Counted from the stretch's first letter, positions 47,760 through 62,000 are shown. The stretch: DNA of 64,000 nucleotides from Dimorphilus gyrociliatus (GCA_904063045.1 CAJFCJ010000012.1:2046001-2110000), one strand, 5' to 3'. Numbers and translations are program-made. The notes: a model not told the origin generated them from the sequence alone.

Positions 47760-50700
47760 ATGGATTTGAGCATATCTGGAGTAAAAATATGTTTTCCTGT
47801 GAAACCATATCCATGTCAAATTGCTGTTATGTCAAAAGTTTGTTTTTCTGCAGGATCATATTTTCGTTTTAACCATTACCTTTCTTTTAGATCATTCAAG
47901 CATTGAACAAGCATCAAAATGCTTTAATAGAATCACCAACAGGAACAGGAAAGTCATTAGCTCTTCTCTGCTCTTCTCTTAGTTGGCAAAGACACACTTG
48001 CTCTATCCTTGATAAGGAATATGAGAGAGAGATGGCGAATAATAAATGTCCTGTTCACGAACACAATCATTCTTTCGACGACGACACAGCTGATATCTCG
48101 TTGACTCACACTTCATACACTCCATGTCCTCTTCCTCCACAAGAAATTCCTAGCGCAGAAGAATCTTTAACGAAAGTTTCTTTCTCTAATGTTACATCTG
48201 GGAAGCTTATGATTAATCCATTGAAAACTACTGAACAACAGTTGAACGAAATATCAGTAAATTCTCAGAAAGTCGATGAAACGGTTAAAGTTAACTCTCA
48301 GTTCAAACCTGTCCGTCCTTTTTCATCTCAGAAGCTAGAAGTCAACGCCAGAGAAGCGAATGTAAATAATAAACTGAAACGAGCAGGTAGTTGTGGAAAT
48401 TTTAAAGAATCTCTTTGAATATTTTTGTATTTTTAGCTTGTACCTCTCCAAATGAAAATCATTGCCAAGATTCAACGGCGTCTGAATGCTGCAAAAATAA
48501 GAGAGTGAAACAAGCTAAGGATAATCTTGACATAAATATTCCTCAAGTCGTAGATGATCTCAATGAATCCGCTTCCGTAAGTGTAAATCAAGAAGAGGCT
48601 AATTGTACTTGCGAACAAGTCAAACGGTATTAAATCACATTTCTAAAACCCATATGACATCATTTGAATTCAGTAAAACAGCACCAAAAATCTTCTATTG
48701 CACAAGAACCCATAAACAGATTGCTCAAGTTGTTAAAGAATTGAGAAGGACTGTGTATAAGCAAGCCAAGTATAAACTAATCGAAAACTATTTTTATGCT
48801 ATTATACTATTTCATAACTATTTTAAAGGATGTCAGTCTTAGCAAGCAGGGAACACACATGTATCCATCCTTCAATTAGTAAGAGTAGAACAAAGAATGA
48901 GGAATGCAGAGATTTATTAAGAGTAAAGTTTTAGTTACCCTTTTGATTGAGTAAATTTAGAAAATTCCATTATTTCAGTATGGTGGATGTCCTTACTGGG
49001 ATAAGAGACCAGTCACGCGAGATTCGTTGCATCGAAACGGTTTAGATCTTATTTGGGATGTTGAAGATCTTGTAAAGTTATTGTCCAACCGAAGTTTTAG
49101 AAAATGCCCTTATTTTAGCCTTCGTGACTTAGCTGAATCGGCTGAAATTATCTTCGCTCCTTACAACTATCTAATTGATCCTACGATTAGGAAAGCTGTA
49201 AAAGTTTATTTAAAATAACTTAATAAATGATCTAATAATTATCTTGCTCTTCAGATGAGTATCTCAGTAGAAGATAGTGTTATTATTATTGATGAGGGTC
49301 ATAACATCGAAGACATCTGTAAGGAGTCAGTATCAATGAATATTAAATCATCAGAAATTGCTGACAGTTTAGTTGCATGTGAAAAATTAAGTAAATATGA
49401 TTGTTAATGATGTCAATTTTGTGTTGTAAAAATTTACATTTTTTTTTCAACAGTTGAAACTTACGCCAATTTTAAGTCGGTAAAAAAGAGAAATAAGGAT
49501 AAAAATTTTGATCAGGTTGAATACCTTCGGATGTTGGAAGCTATAAAAGATTTTGTAAGTTTTTTATGAACATTTTTAAAGAAAATCATGTAAAAATTCT
49601 TCTTTTAGTTGATAGCTCTTCAGAGCATTATTAAAAGTCTTACATCGGATCAGCCTGTTAAAGGGTCTCAACTGATATCTTCACTGAATGAACATAATTT
49701 AACCCATGAAAAGCTTACCTCTTTTGAAGTAAAAATTACCTGAGAATGCATCAATCTCTTATCTGATTGTTTTTGTAGACTGTTATAGCTGAAGCAGAAT
49801 CATGCGAAGAAAATATACCTCTTCCACCTGGCTGCTATTCTGTTTTAAGTAAAGCTGCTACTGTTCTAAATATTTTTCATAGTGTTACCATGGAGGATAA
49901 AGAAGTTGCAGACAATTTCAGGTTTGCATTTTGTTTTCTTGGAAAATAAAATAGTTATTTCTAACTATCTATAGATTATTAATTACTTCAATGGAGATTT
50001 CAAATACTGGTCCAGGCCGACGAAGAGAGCGCATGAAGCGTGTAGATGTACTAAATCTATTATGTTTATCTCCATCTGTGGTTTGTGCTTTTGGCATAAA
50101 TTAAATATGACATAAAATTTTATTTCTTAGGCCTTTCAAGATATTGCTAAACCAGCCAGAGCTATTATACTGACAAGTGGAACCTTAACTCCCATGCAAT
50201 CTTTTCAAAGTGAATTAGGCAGCGATTTTCCAGTTACCTTTGAAGGAAATCATGTTATATCACCAAATCAAGTGATTAAATTTTATTACTCTTCATGAGA
50301 AAAGTTTTTAAAATGTCCTTTTAATTTAATGAATAGGCATGGGTTGGTAATATTTGCCACGGAGAGCATGTTCTTCTCAAAGGCGTCTATTCTTCAATTC
50401 GAACAGAAGGCTATATGATGGACGTTGGAAGTATAATTTTAAAGATGTGCCAAGAAGTGCCCTATGGAATTTTGGTATTTTTTCCTAGTTATTCCAGTCT
50501 TCGAAATATGAAGAACCTTTGGGAGGTCATTTATTAAGTTTCTTTGTCTAAGTATTATTAAGCCTGCAAATTTAATAGGAGAGAGGGTTGTTACAAGAAA
50601 TGGCCAATTTTAAACTTGTTGAAATGGAAGCCTCAGAAAGGGGAGAATTTGAGGAAAGCATACAAAATTATTATGACGCAATAGATGAAGCAAAACTATC

Positions 50701-51396
50701 CGCTAAAGGAAGCGCCTGGCCAGAAAACCAAATAACAGGAGCAATCTTTTTTGCTGTAGTAAGAGGCAAGGTATCAGAAGGTATAGATTTCTCGGATGAG
50801 AGAGCAAGGGCAGTTCTTACAATATCGATACCTTATCCAAACTATCAGGATATAAAGGCAATAATTATTTCTTAATACTTATATGTAATAATAAGTGATT
50901 AATACTTTTAGGTGAAACTGAAGCAAGAGCACAATAATATTTATCAGCAATCTAAAAAACTAATCAGTGGTGGTGATTGGTATGAATTTACTGCATTCAG
51001 AGCGTTGAACCAAGCGCTTGGTCGATGTATCCGACATAAGTAAGTTTCTTTTTAAGCCATTGCTGATAAGCTCAGTGACAGAACTTTTTCATAGGAACGA
51101 TTGGGGTATTATGTTAATGGTTGAGATGAGAATTACAGAAGTTCTTCAAAGGAAAGCAAATAGTATGCAATTATCATATAAAATTATCACATTCAAATAT
51201 GTCTTCAAATTATCCCAATTTAGGACTTCCTAGATGGTTTCGATCTCAGGCTCAAACACATGATAGATTCCCGGAGGCTCTGGACTCGATTCAGCATTTT
51301 GTGGCCGAAAGAATGGGTCCAAAGAAGTCAGCAGCACAGGTTAACGAATCATCTGAGATTAAATTCTCCGAAGCAGGCGGGTTCATAGCTGATTGA
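47760..51396 (+). CDS. BRIP1: Fanconi anemia group J helicase (BRIP1/FANCJ), Fe-S DNA helicase
   Basis: MDLSISGVKICFPVKPYPCQ, Walker A ESPTGTGKSLALLC, FYCTRTHKQIAQVVKELR, Fe-S LASREHTCIHP, CPYF, APYNYLIDP, IIIDEGHN, TSGTLTP, VVRGKVSEGIDF, NQALGRCIRH. Confidence 0.9.
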
Positions 51397-51712
51397 TCAA
51401 ATATTTCAAATATCAAACTGATAAGTGATACACATTTGCGTTATTTTTTATGATTCAGTTACCATTATAGATGGAAATAAATTCACAAATCTAAAAATTA
51501 TTGCAAAAGATGAAATAAATTAGTATCCCTTCTTCGAAATAACAAATCAATTTTATTTATTAATAAGAATATATAAAAACATACAATGAGGGAGATTCAT
51601 AAAAATATAAAATGATTCGCATAAAAAATGAGTAAACTTTAATATCTTCAAGTTATTATACCATAAAGCAAGAAAATAATCTATTTGAGTACAAGTTCTC
51701 TAAGGTACACAT

Positions 51713-53313
51713 TTATATTATTTGGGGATTTGATCGAGTATATGTTGGTTGCCGCTGTTGTTGTTGAGGATGTTGATATTGTTGTGGTACTTGATGGGGT
51801 GGGGGGGCATACTGGGGTCTTTCTTGATGGGGATGTTGAGCCATTTCGTGGGGAGGAGGTCTGGCATAAGGTTGACGCTGCTGCGGTGGAGGTTGATAAT
51901 ATTGTTGAGGATTTGGGTTTATCGGTCTAAATTGTTGAGGTTGTTTCTCATACTGCTGAATCGGATATTCTTCGTCTTCCTGATCAATGGAACCATGAGG
52001 AAGTCTACGCACAAATTTTGTTGGTCTTTCAGCCACGTCTGCTCTACCAGATGGAAGTGACCTTCCTTGATAAGATGGCGTCATACTCATTTGAGAGCCA
52101 TGGGCTTGAGGAATCGACGATATAGATCGTCCTGTAATTCTTGGAGTCGTTCTGCCAGAGGCCTGTTGACTCATTGTCAATCTGTAGGCTTCTCTAGTTT
52201 CAGGAGTTGGCTTCAATTTTTCTTCAGAGACCTCTAAGCTACATTTTCCACAACAGATGGCACAATTCATCACGAAAAGAATAGCCCAGTTGATAACCAA
52301 AAGCCAAGAAGCAATCTAACATTATTTTTAACAAAATTATCCACATGTTTGAATTACGGAGTTATTTACTTACACAAGCAATTAATATTCCTGGATAAAA
52401 ACCACTACCATTGATACTGTCTCCTCCTCCAAACATTTTCATACGGTCCCATGCTATTCCCGAAGCACAACTATCCATTTGGAAATCCGGATTTTCTTCT
52501 TTTGCCTTAGTTAGTTGTTGACAAAATCTTCCTAATCCAACTGATAGAACAATTGCTGAACCAAGCAGTATCAATAAGGCTATAGTATTAACGAACGTAA
52601 ATACAGGATTCATTCCTCTAATAAGGAAGCGCTCGTGAACATGGTGAGTTAATCTAAAAATTATTATTTTCTTTAGGTGCTGAAAATTTCGAATTAATAT
52701 AAAAACCTTGTATATTTAATTTGCTTCTTTGTTCTTTTATCAGTAATAAAATAAGTGGCTAACGTCATGAAGAAAGCGTAAATGATGGAGATTGCAACAT
52801 TTCCAAAGATAACGTAAGCGCAGGCTCCCTCGGAACGAGACCATAAATGGGTTGCATGCCAAGTAATGTCAGCATATAATGGGCAAATATGATCAAATTG
52901 TTGCTGAAATAATATAAAAATAAGTCTTATCTTAACTTAGAATAACAGATACTTATCCAAGTACTACGATAAGATAAAACTTTTTTATATACAAAGTATA
53001 ACGTAATCAGTAGATTACGAAAGATTTATATCTTTTTTATTGCTGTTAATTATGTATAATTCACAACTAATAGTGAAAATTTTGGGTTTTCGGTGGACAG
53101 GTAAAAAAATTAGACAGGTGAACTTACCACGACTATTCCGACAGGTAAGGCAACAAAAAATCCCAGTGGAACGCTTATAGCGTACAATATAAGTTGAATT
53201 TTGCCAAATGGCCCATCATATTGCATAGAATTAAATGCTCGAACTGATCTCTTTTCTTGCTTTTTTTCTTGTTTAATCTCCTCCTTCGATTTTTCTGCCT
53301 CCTTCAGCGCCAT
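51713..53313 (-). CDS. TMEM179-like four-TM protein with a Gln/Pro/Tyr-rich C-terminal tail
   Basis: Four TM helices with the TMEM179 Cys pattern: ICPLYA..W....GACAY, IVLSVGLGRFCQQLT...SC, FYPGILIA..ASWLL. Confidence 0.78.
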
Positions 53314-53779
53314 TTTTACCTATTCGAACCTGCGTCTATTGTGCCATCTCGCGCCCAAGGGGAGAATTACAATGGCGTCTGCTGGAAATTTAGAGGGCGC
53401 TGTAGTCACAAAGAACATTAGCAGAGAAAACAAACTTTTTGGCGAACGCTCGAATAGTCGGAAAGAAACTTGCAAGAAAGGTAATATAGAATAAGGGTTG
53501 TTAAATTCCAAAGTTAGTTAATAAGTTTAATTTATTAAATAAAATGTTATTTTCTAAAAATAAAAAATAAAAAAGGACTATTTAATATTTAACTAAGAAT
53601 TCTAAAAATATTCTTCGAAAAAAGAACATAACAAAAATGACTAGAAGCTTTTTTCATTATAAACTATTCTTATCATATTTATTATATTGGACATATTTAA
53701 AAATATTTATAAAGTAGGTAGCTTTGTATTTTTACGTTAGGTCTACTTATTTGATAGTTTTAAGCCAGAAGTTCTATGA

Positions 53780-56211
53780 ATGATGGATCGACAGCCTAAG
53801 AATAGTTCGAATAGTATTTTTGTTGAATCTCAGATGAGATTTGATGAAGGGACATCTTCAGCGGCAGACGATTCGAGAGACGAAATGTTTTCTGAAGTAA
53901 TATTTAATTTATTTGCCTTTAAATTTGAATCTTCATAAGTTATCTTTTAGGGGAATGCACAATGTAATAATCTCCCATCAGCTTTCGCTACACCAAAAAA
54001 AGTAAGATATTTGTATTTTTACTCTTTTTATTATTAAATAAACAAACTATTATAATATCGAAGGTTAATGGCACACGATTTTCTATGTTGGCTACCCCAC
54101 AACCTCAACAGACGTCAAGTTCTTCACAGAATTCGATTATACAAGGAGAAATGAGTAAAAGCGTAAAAAAAGGAATGAGCAATATTATTCGATTTATGCA
54201 GAGTTGGGAGAACGAGTAAATTTAAAGTTATATTTAAAAGCAGAGAGATAATTATCATTTCTTTAATATCAGTGATGCAAATATTAAGGGGAAAATTGAT
54301 CGACTTGGCGAAGTATTAACTAAGGTTGGAATGATTTCAACATGAAGTTTATAAATTAGAATTTCTATACTTAATTTTACAATACAGAAACTCCAAGATT
54401 TAGAGAGTAAAATGGACCAAACTACAGATACTTACAAGAAACAGAATAACAGTTAGTAATCGTAAGAAATCGAGCAATATACACTAAAAATATTTTCTAA
54501 TTAGCTAATCAGCAAACATTTCAAGACGTCAAAGAAAGTATTGATATCGTTAGTTAATTATTAGAAATTTAGGTATACTAGACATTTTAAGAGTACGCTT
54601 TGTTTTATTCCAATTAGATAAAAAAAGATATAAAGACAATCTCTCATTTACGGGAGGAAATAGTTCAAGAGGCGAAGGATGAATTGGACAAAGCAGAGAA
54701 AAAAGTAAAAATACAAAGTTGTTTAATTTCGATAAAATGTTAATTGTTATTCATATTAGATTTCGCGAAAAGTTTTTACTGAACTTGAGGATCTACTTAA
54801 TTTGACGAAAAAGGACTTGATGAAATCTATAACTACAAACAATGGAAATTCTTCCGATGATATAAAAGCAACTATTAAGAGCTTGTAATAATTAATACTG
54901 AAAAATAGGCACCAAATATTAATTGAAATTTTTTCAGACTGTCAAGTAGTAATATGAAATATGAAATGGGGCTACAGTCTCTCATTCAAGTTTTCCAGAG
55001 TGCAATATCTCAGGTTTATTAACAATCAAATTTTTCTTGTATAAAATTGAAGTATTATATTTTTGCAATTACAGAGTTTAACTGCCAGTTTTGATAAAAT
55101 ACGAAATTCGTTGACACAAACTGTTACAACTGAGATAAGAAACAAACATAAAAGTATAGAAAATCATTTTACACGTTTAGATTACTCTTTAAACAGTACA
55201 GTTGGGAAATTGGGAGAAGCTCTGCAAAAGTCAAGTTTTTTCGTTGACGTTAAAACTAGTATGTTTTGCTTTCAAATTGAAAAAAAGTAAAAATCAACTG
55301 TTGCTATTAAATTATAGATGATGCATATATAGACAAACCAGAAGAGAGCGACTTGAATAATACAGTAATCAAAATAGAAGAAGAAAGCCCTGAAAAGTAA
55401 CAAAAAATTTTTAAAATAATTATTTATCAATTACCTTTTCTTATTTTTAGATTTAAACCTCAGCTAAACTCCGATTCAAATAAAAACCGTCAATATTGTC
55501 CAGAATATTCGTCAAATCAGATAACAAAGCTACTTGAAGCAAATAATACTGGCGTAAGAGAAAATTCATCAGAAAAGACGATGGAAAATTCGAATTACGC
55601 ATTAAAGGAGACTAGCTGTCAGGGAAATTTAAATGGCATGGTTCCAGAAAGCGAATATGATAGCGATGAGATTGAAAGAATGTCTTTAACTCAATTAAGC
55701 ACTGGAGAGTCCAATAATAAACAAACGGATTCGCCTTTTATTCCAAGCTCTGACTCAGATTTTCAAGCAACACCAGATATCAATACTCCAGATATTTGCC
55801 ATGAGCGAGTTCGATCCCTTCGTTCGAATTTTAGAAAGCCTCGTAATTCAGTCAGCCCCGAATTAAACGAAACTTATTGCCGAAGAAAAAAATCTGACAC
55901 AAAGCAACAAAAAAAGAAAATATCAGAGGTTAGATATAATATTGCAAAAAGGGTAACTGTATGGATTATAAATTATAAAATTAGGGAAAAAGGCAGGATA
56001 TGTCAATATCAAAATCATCTCCTAAATTGAATTCAACAATGATTTCCAGAGTCGAAAAAAGGTATAATATGGCTGATTATTTTTGGTTAATAATATTCGT
56101 AAATTTATTTCTAGAAAATTTTACGATATGAGTGAAGATGAAACTCCTGTTTTTGAGCGCAAGCGAAGAGGACCTATGAAGGCTTATGGAAAAAGAAATC
56201 GTCTTATATAA
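53780..56211 (+). CDS. Uncharacterised intron-rich protein: Ser/Gln-rich N-terminus, central coiled coil, disordered C-terminus
   Basis: About 13 short exons join in frame from MMDRQPKNSS (53780) to ...RKFYDMSEDETPVFERKRRGPMKAYGKRNRLI-stop (56211). Confidence 0.7.
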
Positions 56212-56274
56212 ATTTTTGTTTATTTTTAAACTGATATTCATTCTTGAACATAAAAAGTATATTATCCGTTAGTT

Positions 56275-58657
56275 CTATTTAACAATGATTGTTCCCTTTT
56301 GACTCCTATTCGAAAAATTGTTGTTTCTGGTACAAGCATAATGATAAACACCAGGCTTTAGTTTTAAAACAATTCCTGGGTAAGACGCCGGGGCATTATT
56401 CAAAAGACTGTTCATTGCTGTTTTCGATTGTACCGATTCAGCCCCACAAACCGAGCTGTTAAAACATTGGTAGTATCCTGATGAGGCAACGTTTAACGAA
56501 ATGTCTGCCGGATTTAAATTTTTGTTGTTGAAATATTTCCAAAGAACAGCAGAATTTTTCCACAAAGTTGAACTTTCATACGACACAGGGAAATTTTCAC
56601 TGCGATCCAAAATTTGAACAAGATTGTTACGATCCGTTCCGGCTGTACCCTGTCCATCGTCACCAGTTTGGCCATCTCCGCCGTCTTTACCATTATTATG
56701 GGTATTAGACCCTGTCCATTGCATATGTATAACATCTTTATTGCTATCAAGCTGTAGAGAGAATATGTTTTATACCAAAGTTTCAATTTTAGAAATTTAT
56801 TGATAGAAACAAACCTCAGCATTGTTGGGTATAAAGTCATACTCAACTGCAGGATACACTTGAACAATGTTTCCTCTTTTACCTCTAACGTTTAAATTGA
56901 CTATTCTTTTATCCAAAAGTTCGGTAGGTCTTTTCTTTAGTAAGAAAGTATGTGATCGGTCCTGGAATGTTCTTCCAAATTGTTGTGTATTTATGGCAAG
57001 ACGTAGGCCTTTTTTTGCCGACGGTATGGAAACAAAAGGGTTGCCCCTAACTGGAGATTTAGACAGACTACCTTTTCCGAGATCATTATATTTCGCATCT
57101 GTTTGATAGGGATCATAATCGTCCGTTGATATATTATATCGAATGCGAAGAACGCAACGTTGAGTAGTTTCGGAAGGAAAGTATGGTATATTCCAAGTAT
57201 AGTTGGAGGGTCTACCCTCCCGACTATTTCCCAAGTGATTTGATCTTGTCCAGGGTGCGTCGAGACATTCTGGCTTCTCTAATGGTACAAGACATTCTTC
57301 TGTTAATGTTTTACGGGTATAAAAGTCTGAAGCATAACCCCAGATGTATTTTTTGTCGAGGCAGTCCTTTTTATTTCGAAGGTTAGTCGCCTTTTCTAAG
57401 AAATTGTGGAACTCAATCCATTTTTGATTGTTACTTTCGCATTCAGCTTTATTATTGAATTGATTATAAAGGTAAATATAGTTTTGATTTACACAAGCTC
57501 CCTTAGGTTTGATATTGTGACTCTCCCTCTGATAAAAGTCGCATCTTTCTCTCGCTTCTGACAAGATGGCTATATCTTTCCAAGGGTTGGGGTGAAAATA
57601 CGGATAATAGTCCCTTTCTTCGGGACATTCATAACCGTATCGGTTGGCTTCCGGATTTTGTCTAGTGCTTACCGAAAAGTCATGATCAAGTTCTTGGTCT
57701 GCAGTGAAGAGGCCATTATTGCGTTTTTTATGAGCGCAATAGTCGTACCACTCGAAAGGTTCGTGAAGTCCTCGATCAGCTTTTTCAGAATTAGCCTTTC
57801 GGGTTTTATATTCCTGTTCAGTTTCAAGTTTATTCGGTGGTGCTTTATAGTCTTGCGTATTTGTTACTTCGCCATTTCGCATCTTGTTTAAGGCTAAAAA
57901 ACACGTTTGTTTAATTAACATTTAATGATTAAATAGTTGATATCTCATTAGTTTAATAAAACTATAATTTAGACATAATTATTTGATTATGAATAGGTTA
58001 TTGTCTAAATGTAAATATAAGCCATAAAAATCCTCTTGATAATATCAGTCAATCGGTTAAAATGGAAGACTGACATTTATACATAATATTTGTTTTCTAA
58101 AGTCATTAATCCACCCACTTACTTGCTGTTTCCGGCTGGCACATGTACTGTAAAACAATATTACAATTTTGTTTATGAGGATCTTTGTCTTCTGAACCTC
58201 CACATCCATGCTGGTTCGTCCACTCTAAAACAAGTTCAGATTTACCAGAATTTGATGTTTTACCACCTTGGAAATGAAACTGATGATAAAAAGGAAATTA
58301 AGTGAAAATCTTTCATATTTCTGTTGAATTGGTTAAAAGACAGATATAGTTTACCATTTCGTACTGCTCTCCAGCTTCACTTCCTTTATCACCAACATTG
58401 TAACCTCCCCTATTGTTGTTCTGATTGTTTAAAAAAACAACAACAAATGATTAGATCATAAATATGGAAGAAAGGTTCCTTTTTCTATACAAATTTTTTA
58501 CCTGAGAATCGAACATTCTATTTGCGTTCTTTCTGGCTGCTGATTTTTCATTCAAACGGTTATTGCTCCCCCTTGAATTGTGGAAATAAACATCGGCGGA
58601 GCATAAATTCAAGGCAAGAATTAGGTGAATACTCGATATAAATTTCGATACTCTCAT
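56275..58657 (-). CDS. Protein DD3-3-like secreted protein
   Basis: Signal peptide then [101 protein letters not shown]. Confidence 0.85.
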
Positions 58658-58773
58658 AATTTTCTTTTGTTGTGAATATAATTTGTTAGTATCCTCTATA
58701 AATGATTCAGTTGTGGGCCAATTAATTCGCTAAATATCACATATCATGAGTTACGGTGTATTTATAGTTATTG

Positions 58774-58832
58774 CCAATAGGATTCGCGGGTATTCCCTCG
58801 CACGCACCAATGATTCATCGGTTATGACGTCA
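58774..58832. promoter_or_regulatory. Two CCAAT boxes and a perfect CRE upstream of the DD3-3-like gene
   Basis: CCAAT at 58774 and 58807; TGACGTCA at 58825-58832; GC-richer patch 120-175 bp upstream of the ATG. Function is inferred. Confidence 0.45.
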
Positions 58833-59087
58833 CACAATTAAATTAATAGTCATATTTTATTACAACACTTTCTAAACACGTTAATTTTATGGCCGAAATT
58901 TGAATTTGTTTGGTAAATGTTTCTTTCTAATTAGATAACGAATACTACGAATATTTTCTCTGTTTTCTTTGCATATTCAACTAAAAAGTAAAATAATGTT
59001 TTTAAAAGATTTACATAAAAACGAACATAGTACGATTAAGTTTTTAACAAACAGCTACAATTCTATTCTTGAATGTATTAACAGGAG

Positions 59088-62000
59088 TTAAGCCGAGTGA
59101 AGAATAGTAGCGTAAGCATTCTGAATTCCATCGTAAACTTGCATAGCCCTCGATTTCAAAGATAACTGCAAAAAACAAAGAGAAAAAGGATAAGAGAATA
59201 GATGAGAGGGATATACAGCATAATAATCATTATATTGTGTTAATATTAAGAAATTATTATAAAGAGAAGATCAATATAAATTATAAATAAGAATAGATAA
59301 TAAAGGTTGAACAAACTTTCTGTCAATAGTACGTTATGTGTTTGAATAAATAATGATATTGTTAAAAATGATAAAATATATTTAAGGTTATTAAAACCTT
59401 CTATAAATTGAATCGATTTAACTCACCTTGAAACAGGGATTTCCTGGCTGGATTTTTAATTCGGCCAAAACCCATATATCATTGGTTAGCTTTATAGATT
59501 GATAGAGCATATCCTGACCATCTACGTTACGTTTAGCTATTGTAAAGATATTATTATTCTTTAATTTAGACGAAACTGTATCGGCGTTGTGTTGGACGTC
59601 TTCTATATCGGACTGAACTTCGTTGGCTGTTGGAATATCTTTCCATGTTGCTAGGAACACCCTCTTATCCATTTCACCATCCTCAACAAAGAGAACGTGC
59701 ATTGGAATCATACAAGTAAAGTAAAATACGTCGACGTTGTTTTTGATTGCTACTTGTAGGGAATTGAGTGGATCCATTTTTTGCACTGGTCCGTTCACGT
59801 TGAGGGGTAATGAAATATTTACTGAACTATTTGGCATAATTGGGTTATTTATGGAGAGGCTCTGCGCAGGGGTTATGCCAAAGCTATTTTTGTTAAATTG
59901 AACAGCGAACGCAGACATTTGCGACATTGCTTTGTTCGTAATGGTTAACTCCATTACGGGTTGTTGACTACGACGGGTAAAGGTTCCCGAAACTTCTAAT
60001 CCCTTACCACTTTGAGAAGTTAGCCAAACATCTTGTGGTGGTATGTAACAAGCGGATTGCGATAGTCCTAGAACTTCGTTCAATCCGGAAAGTAGGCCAG
60101 AATCGACTGGTCCACCAAATATATTGGCAGGCATTTGAGAAGTTTTCGCCGGTTCATTAGATGGTGCTCCACCAACTCCCAATAAATCTAGGCCGTCCGA
60201 CAAGAGATCAACAGCGGATACGGCCGGATCGGCAGTTTGACCAGGATAGTTATTAACACCACCAGACATATCCATATCTAATAGATCGCCAATAGTTCCA
60301 TGATTGGATTCTGGAATGACAGAAGCTTGAGGAATCTCAGTAGTGGTTGTTGTAAAGTCAGTAGAGGAATTTTGTGGCAATGCTTTCCTATAATATGGCA
60401 TCTTTCCCTCAACGAAAAGCGAAGGAGGTTTATGATATACTGAAGCCAATGAGGCAATATGACATATTAGTTCATCCAGAAGGGTCGGTTCGATTAGATC
60501 AGTTTCAGCGCTTATCAGGGGTTTTTCAGCAAGAACAACGTGCTTAGCTGCAGCTGGATCAGTAGATAATAGCCTCCAATAAATGTAACCTCTATCTCGC
60601 AAGTCTGGATTGTCAGAATCATGAGTAGCTAATGACAAAACTTGCTGTACAAGTTCTTGAGTATCAGTGGGCTTCTTCAAGAACAGTTTCACAATAGCCG
60701 TCAACAATTGCAACTGAACTTGGGTGTTTTCATCAGCAAACCCATCCAAGAAGCTCTCAAGCAATTCATCTGCATTATCGATACGCTCTGCATATTCCCC
60801 AATAATCCATATCATACTGGCCTTTGCTTCAGGCTCATCCAAAGTATCGAGATTCTCGCAAAGTGTTGCAATAATACTTTCATATCTATTCGGATATTTA
60901 CGGAAAATATCCTTAATAACGACGATTGCTTCTTGAACTACATAATTAACTTTAGTCTGAATTAAATCAATAAGAGTACTGACGCATTTCTCAGCTGCTA
61001 CTTCTACTTTGATAGCACATCTACCAATTGCCCTAACAGACTTTCTAACAAAATCAACATCAACTTCAGTCGCATACTCCTTCAATTCGGTTATAACTTG
61101 AGCTACATTTGCTTCGGATGTAAGCCGACACATAATGTCCAGTTTTTCCAATTTAACATAAATAGGGTCGTTGTACTTGACGAAAAAGACCTTCATGTCT
61201 TGTTTCATAATATCTGATCTCTTTTGCACCACTAAATTAATATTTCGAAGTGCAACGTACTGAATTTCAGGTTCACTCGATAAAAGAGTAACCAAAGGAG
61301 GTGCCAACTTCTTCATAAAGTTAATTGCGTGTTCAGAAACTGGATCCATCATTTCAATTAACTTAACGATTACCTTGACTGCAGAAAGTACAACAGCGCT
61401 ATTAGCGTGAGCCAATCTTGGAGAGACTCTTTCGCAAATAGTTATAGCGCTGTTTGTATCCTCTGGTGAGTAGTTGGATATTGCATCCAGTATAAATATT
61501 TGACCCCATTCTGTACACTCGTTCAGAGCGGTCAGCAATTTGTTCACAATTTGGAATGTAAGATCCAAAATCCCTTGTCCAGCCGGCGATGTTTCCATAA
61601 TTTCACTAATTGCTGCCACAGCATTAGCAACAACCATGGGGTTTGGGTCTGACATAAGATCGCGTAGTGTATCAAGAAAGCCCAACTCTTCGACCATTTG
61701 ACCATTAATATCATGTAATTTGGCAACGCAAACTGCTGCCGTCTTCCTAACGTAAGGATCCTCATCTTTTAAACATTTTCTCAAAGGGTCGCACAGGTAT
61801 TCAGTAATTTTTTCAACTCTTATACAGCCCATTGTTCGTACGGCTAAAGCTCTAATTAAAGGGTTGGAATCGTCACAATCCTATAAGGAAAATAAGAAAT
61901 ATTACTTATTTGTAGAATGCTTTCGTTAAACGCTATTATAGTATATTAAAATGTAACCTTAACAAACGTGTTGACGGCCATTATTGCCAAATCTGGTTGA

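Noticed and set aside
60642-61765. Overlapping and antisense ORFs within large genes (also 5078-5640, 21110-23032, 34149-34772, 51685-52060, 56867-57891)
   Set aside because: Shadow frames of real coding exons with no independent protein features.
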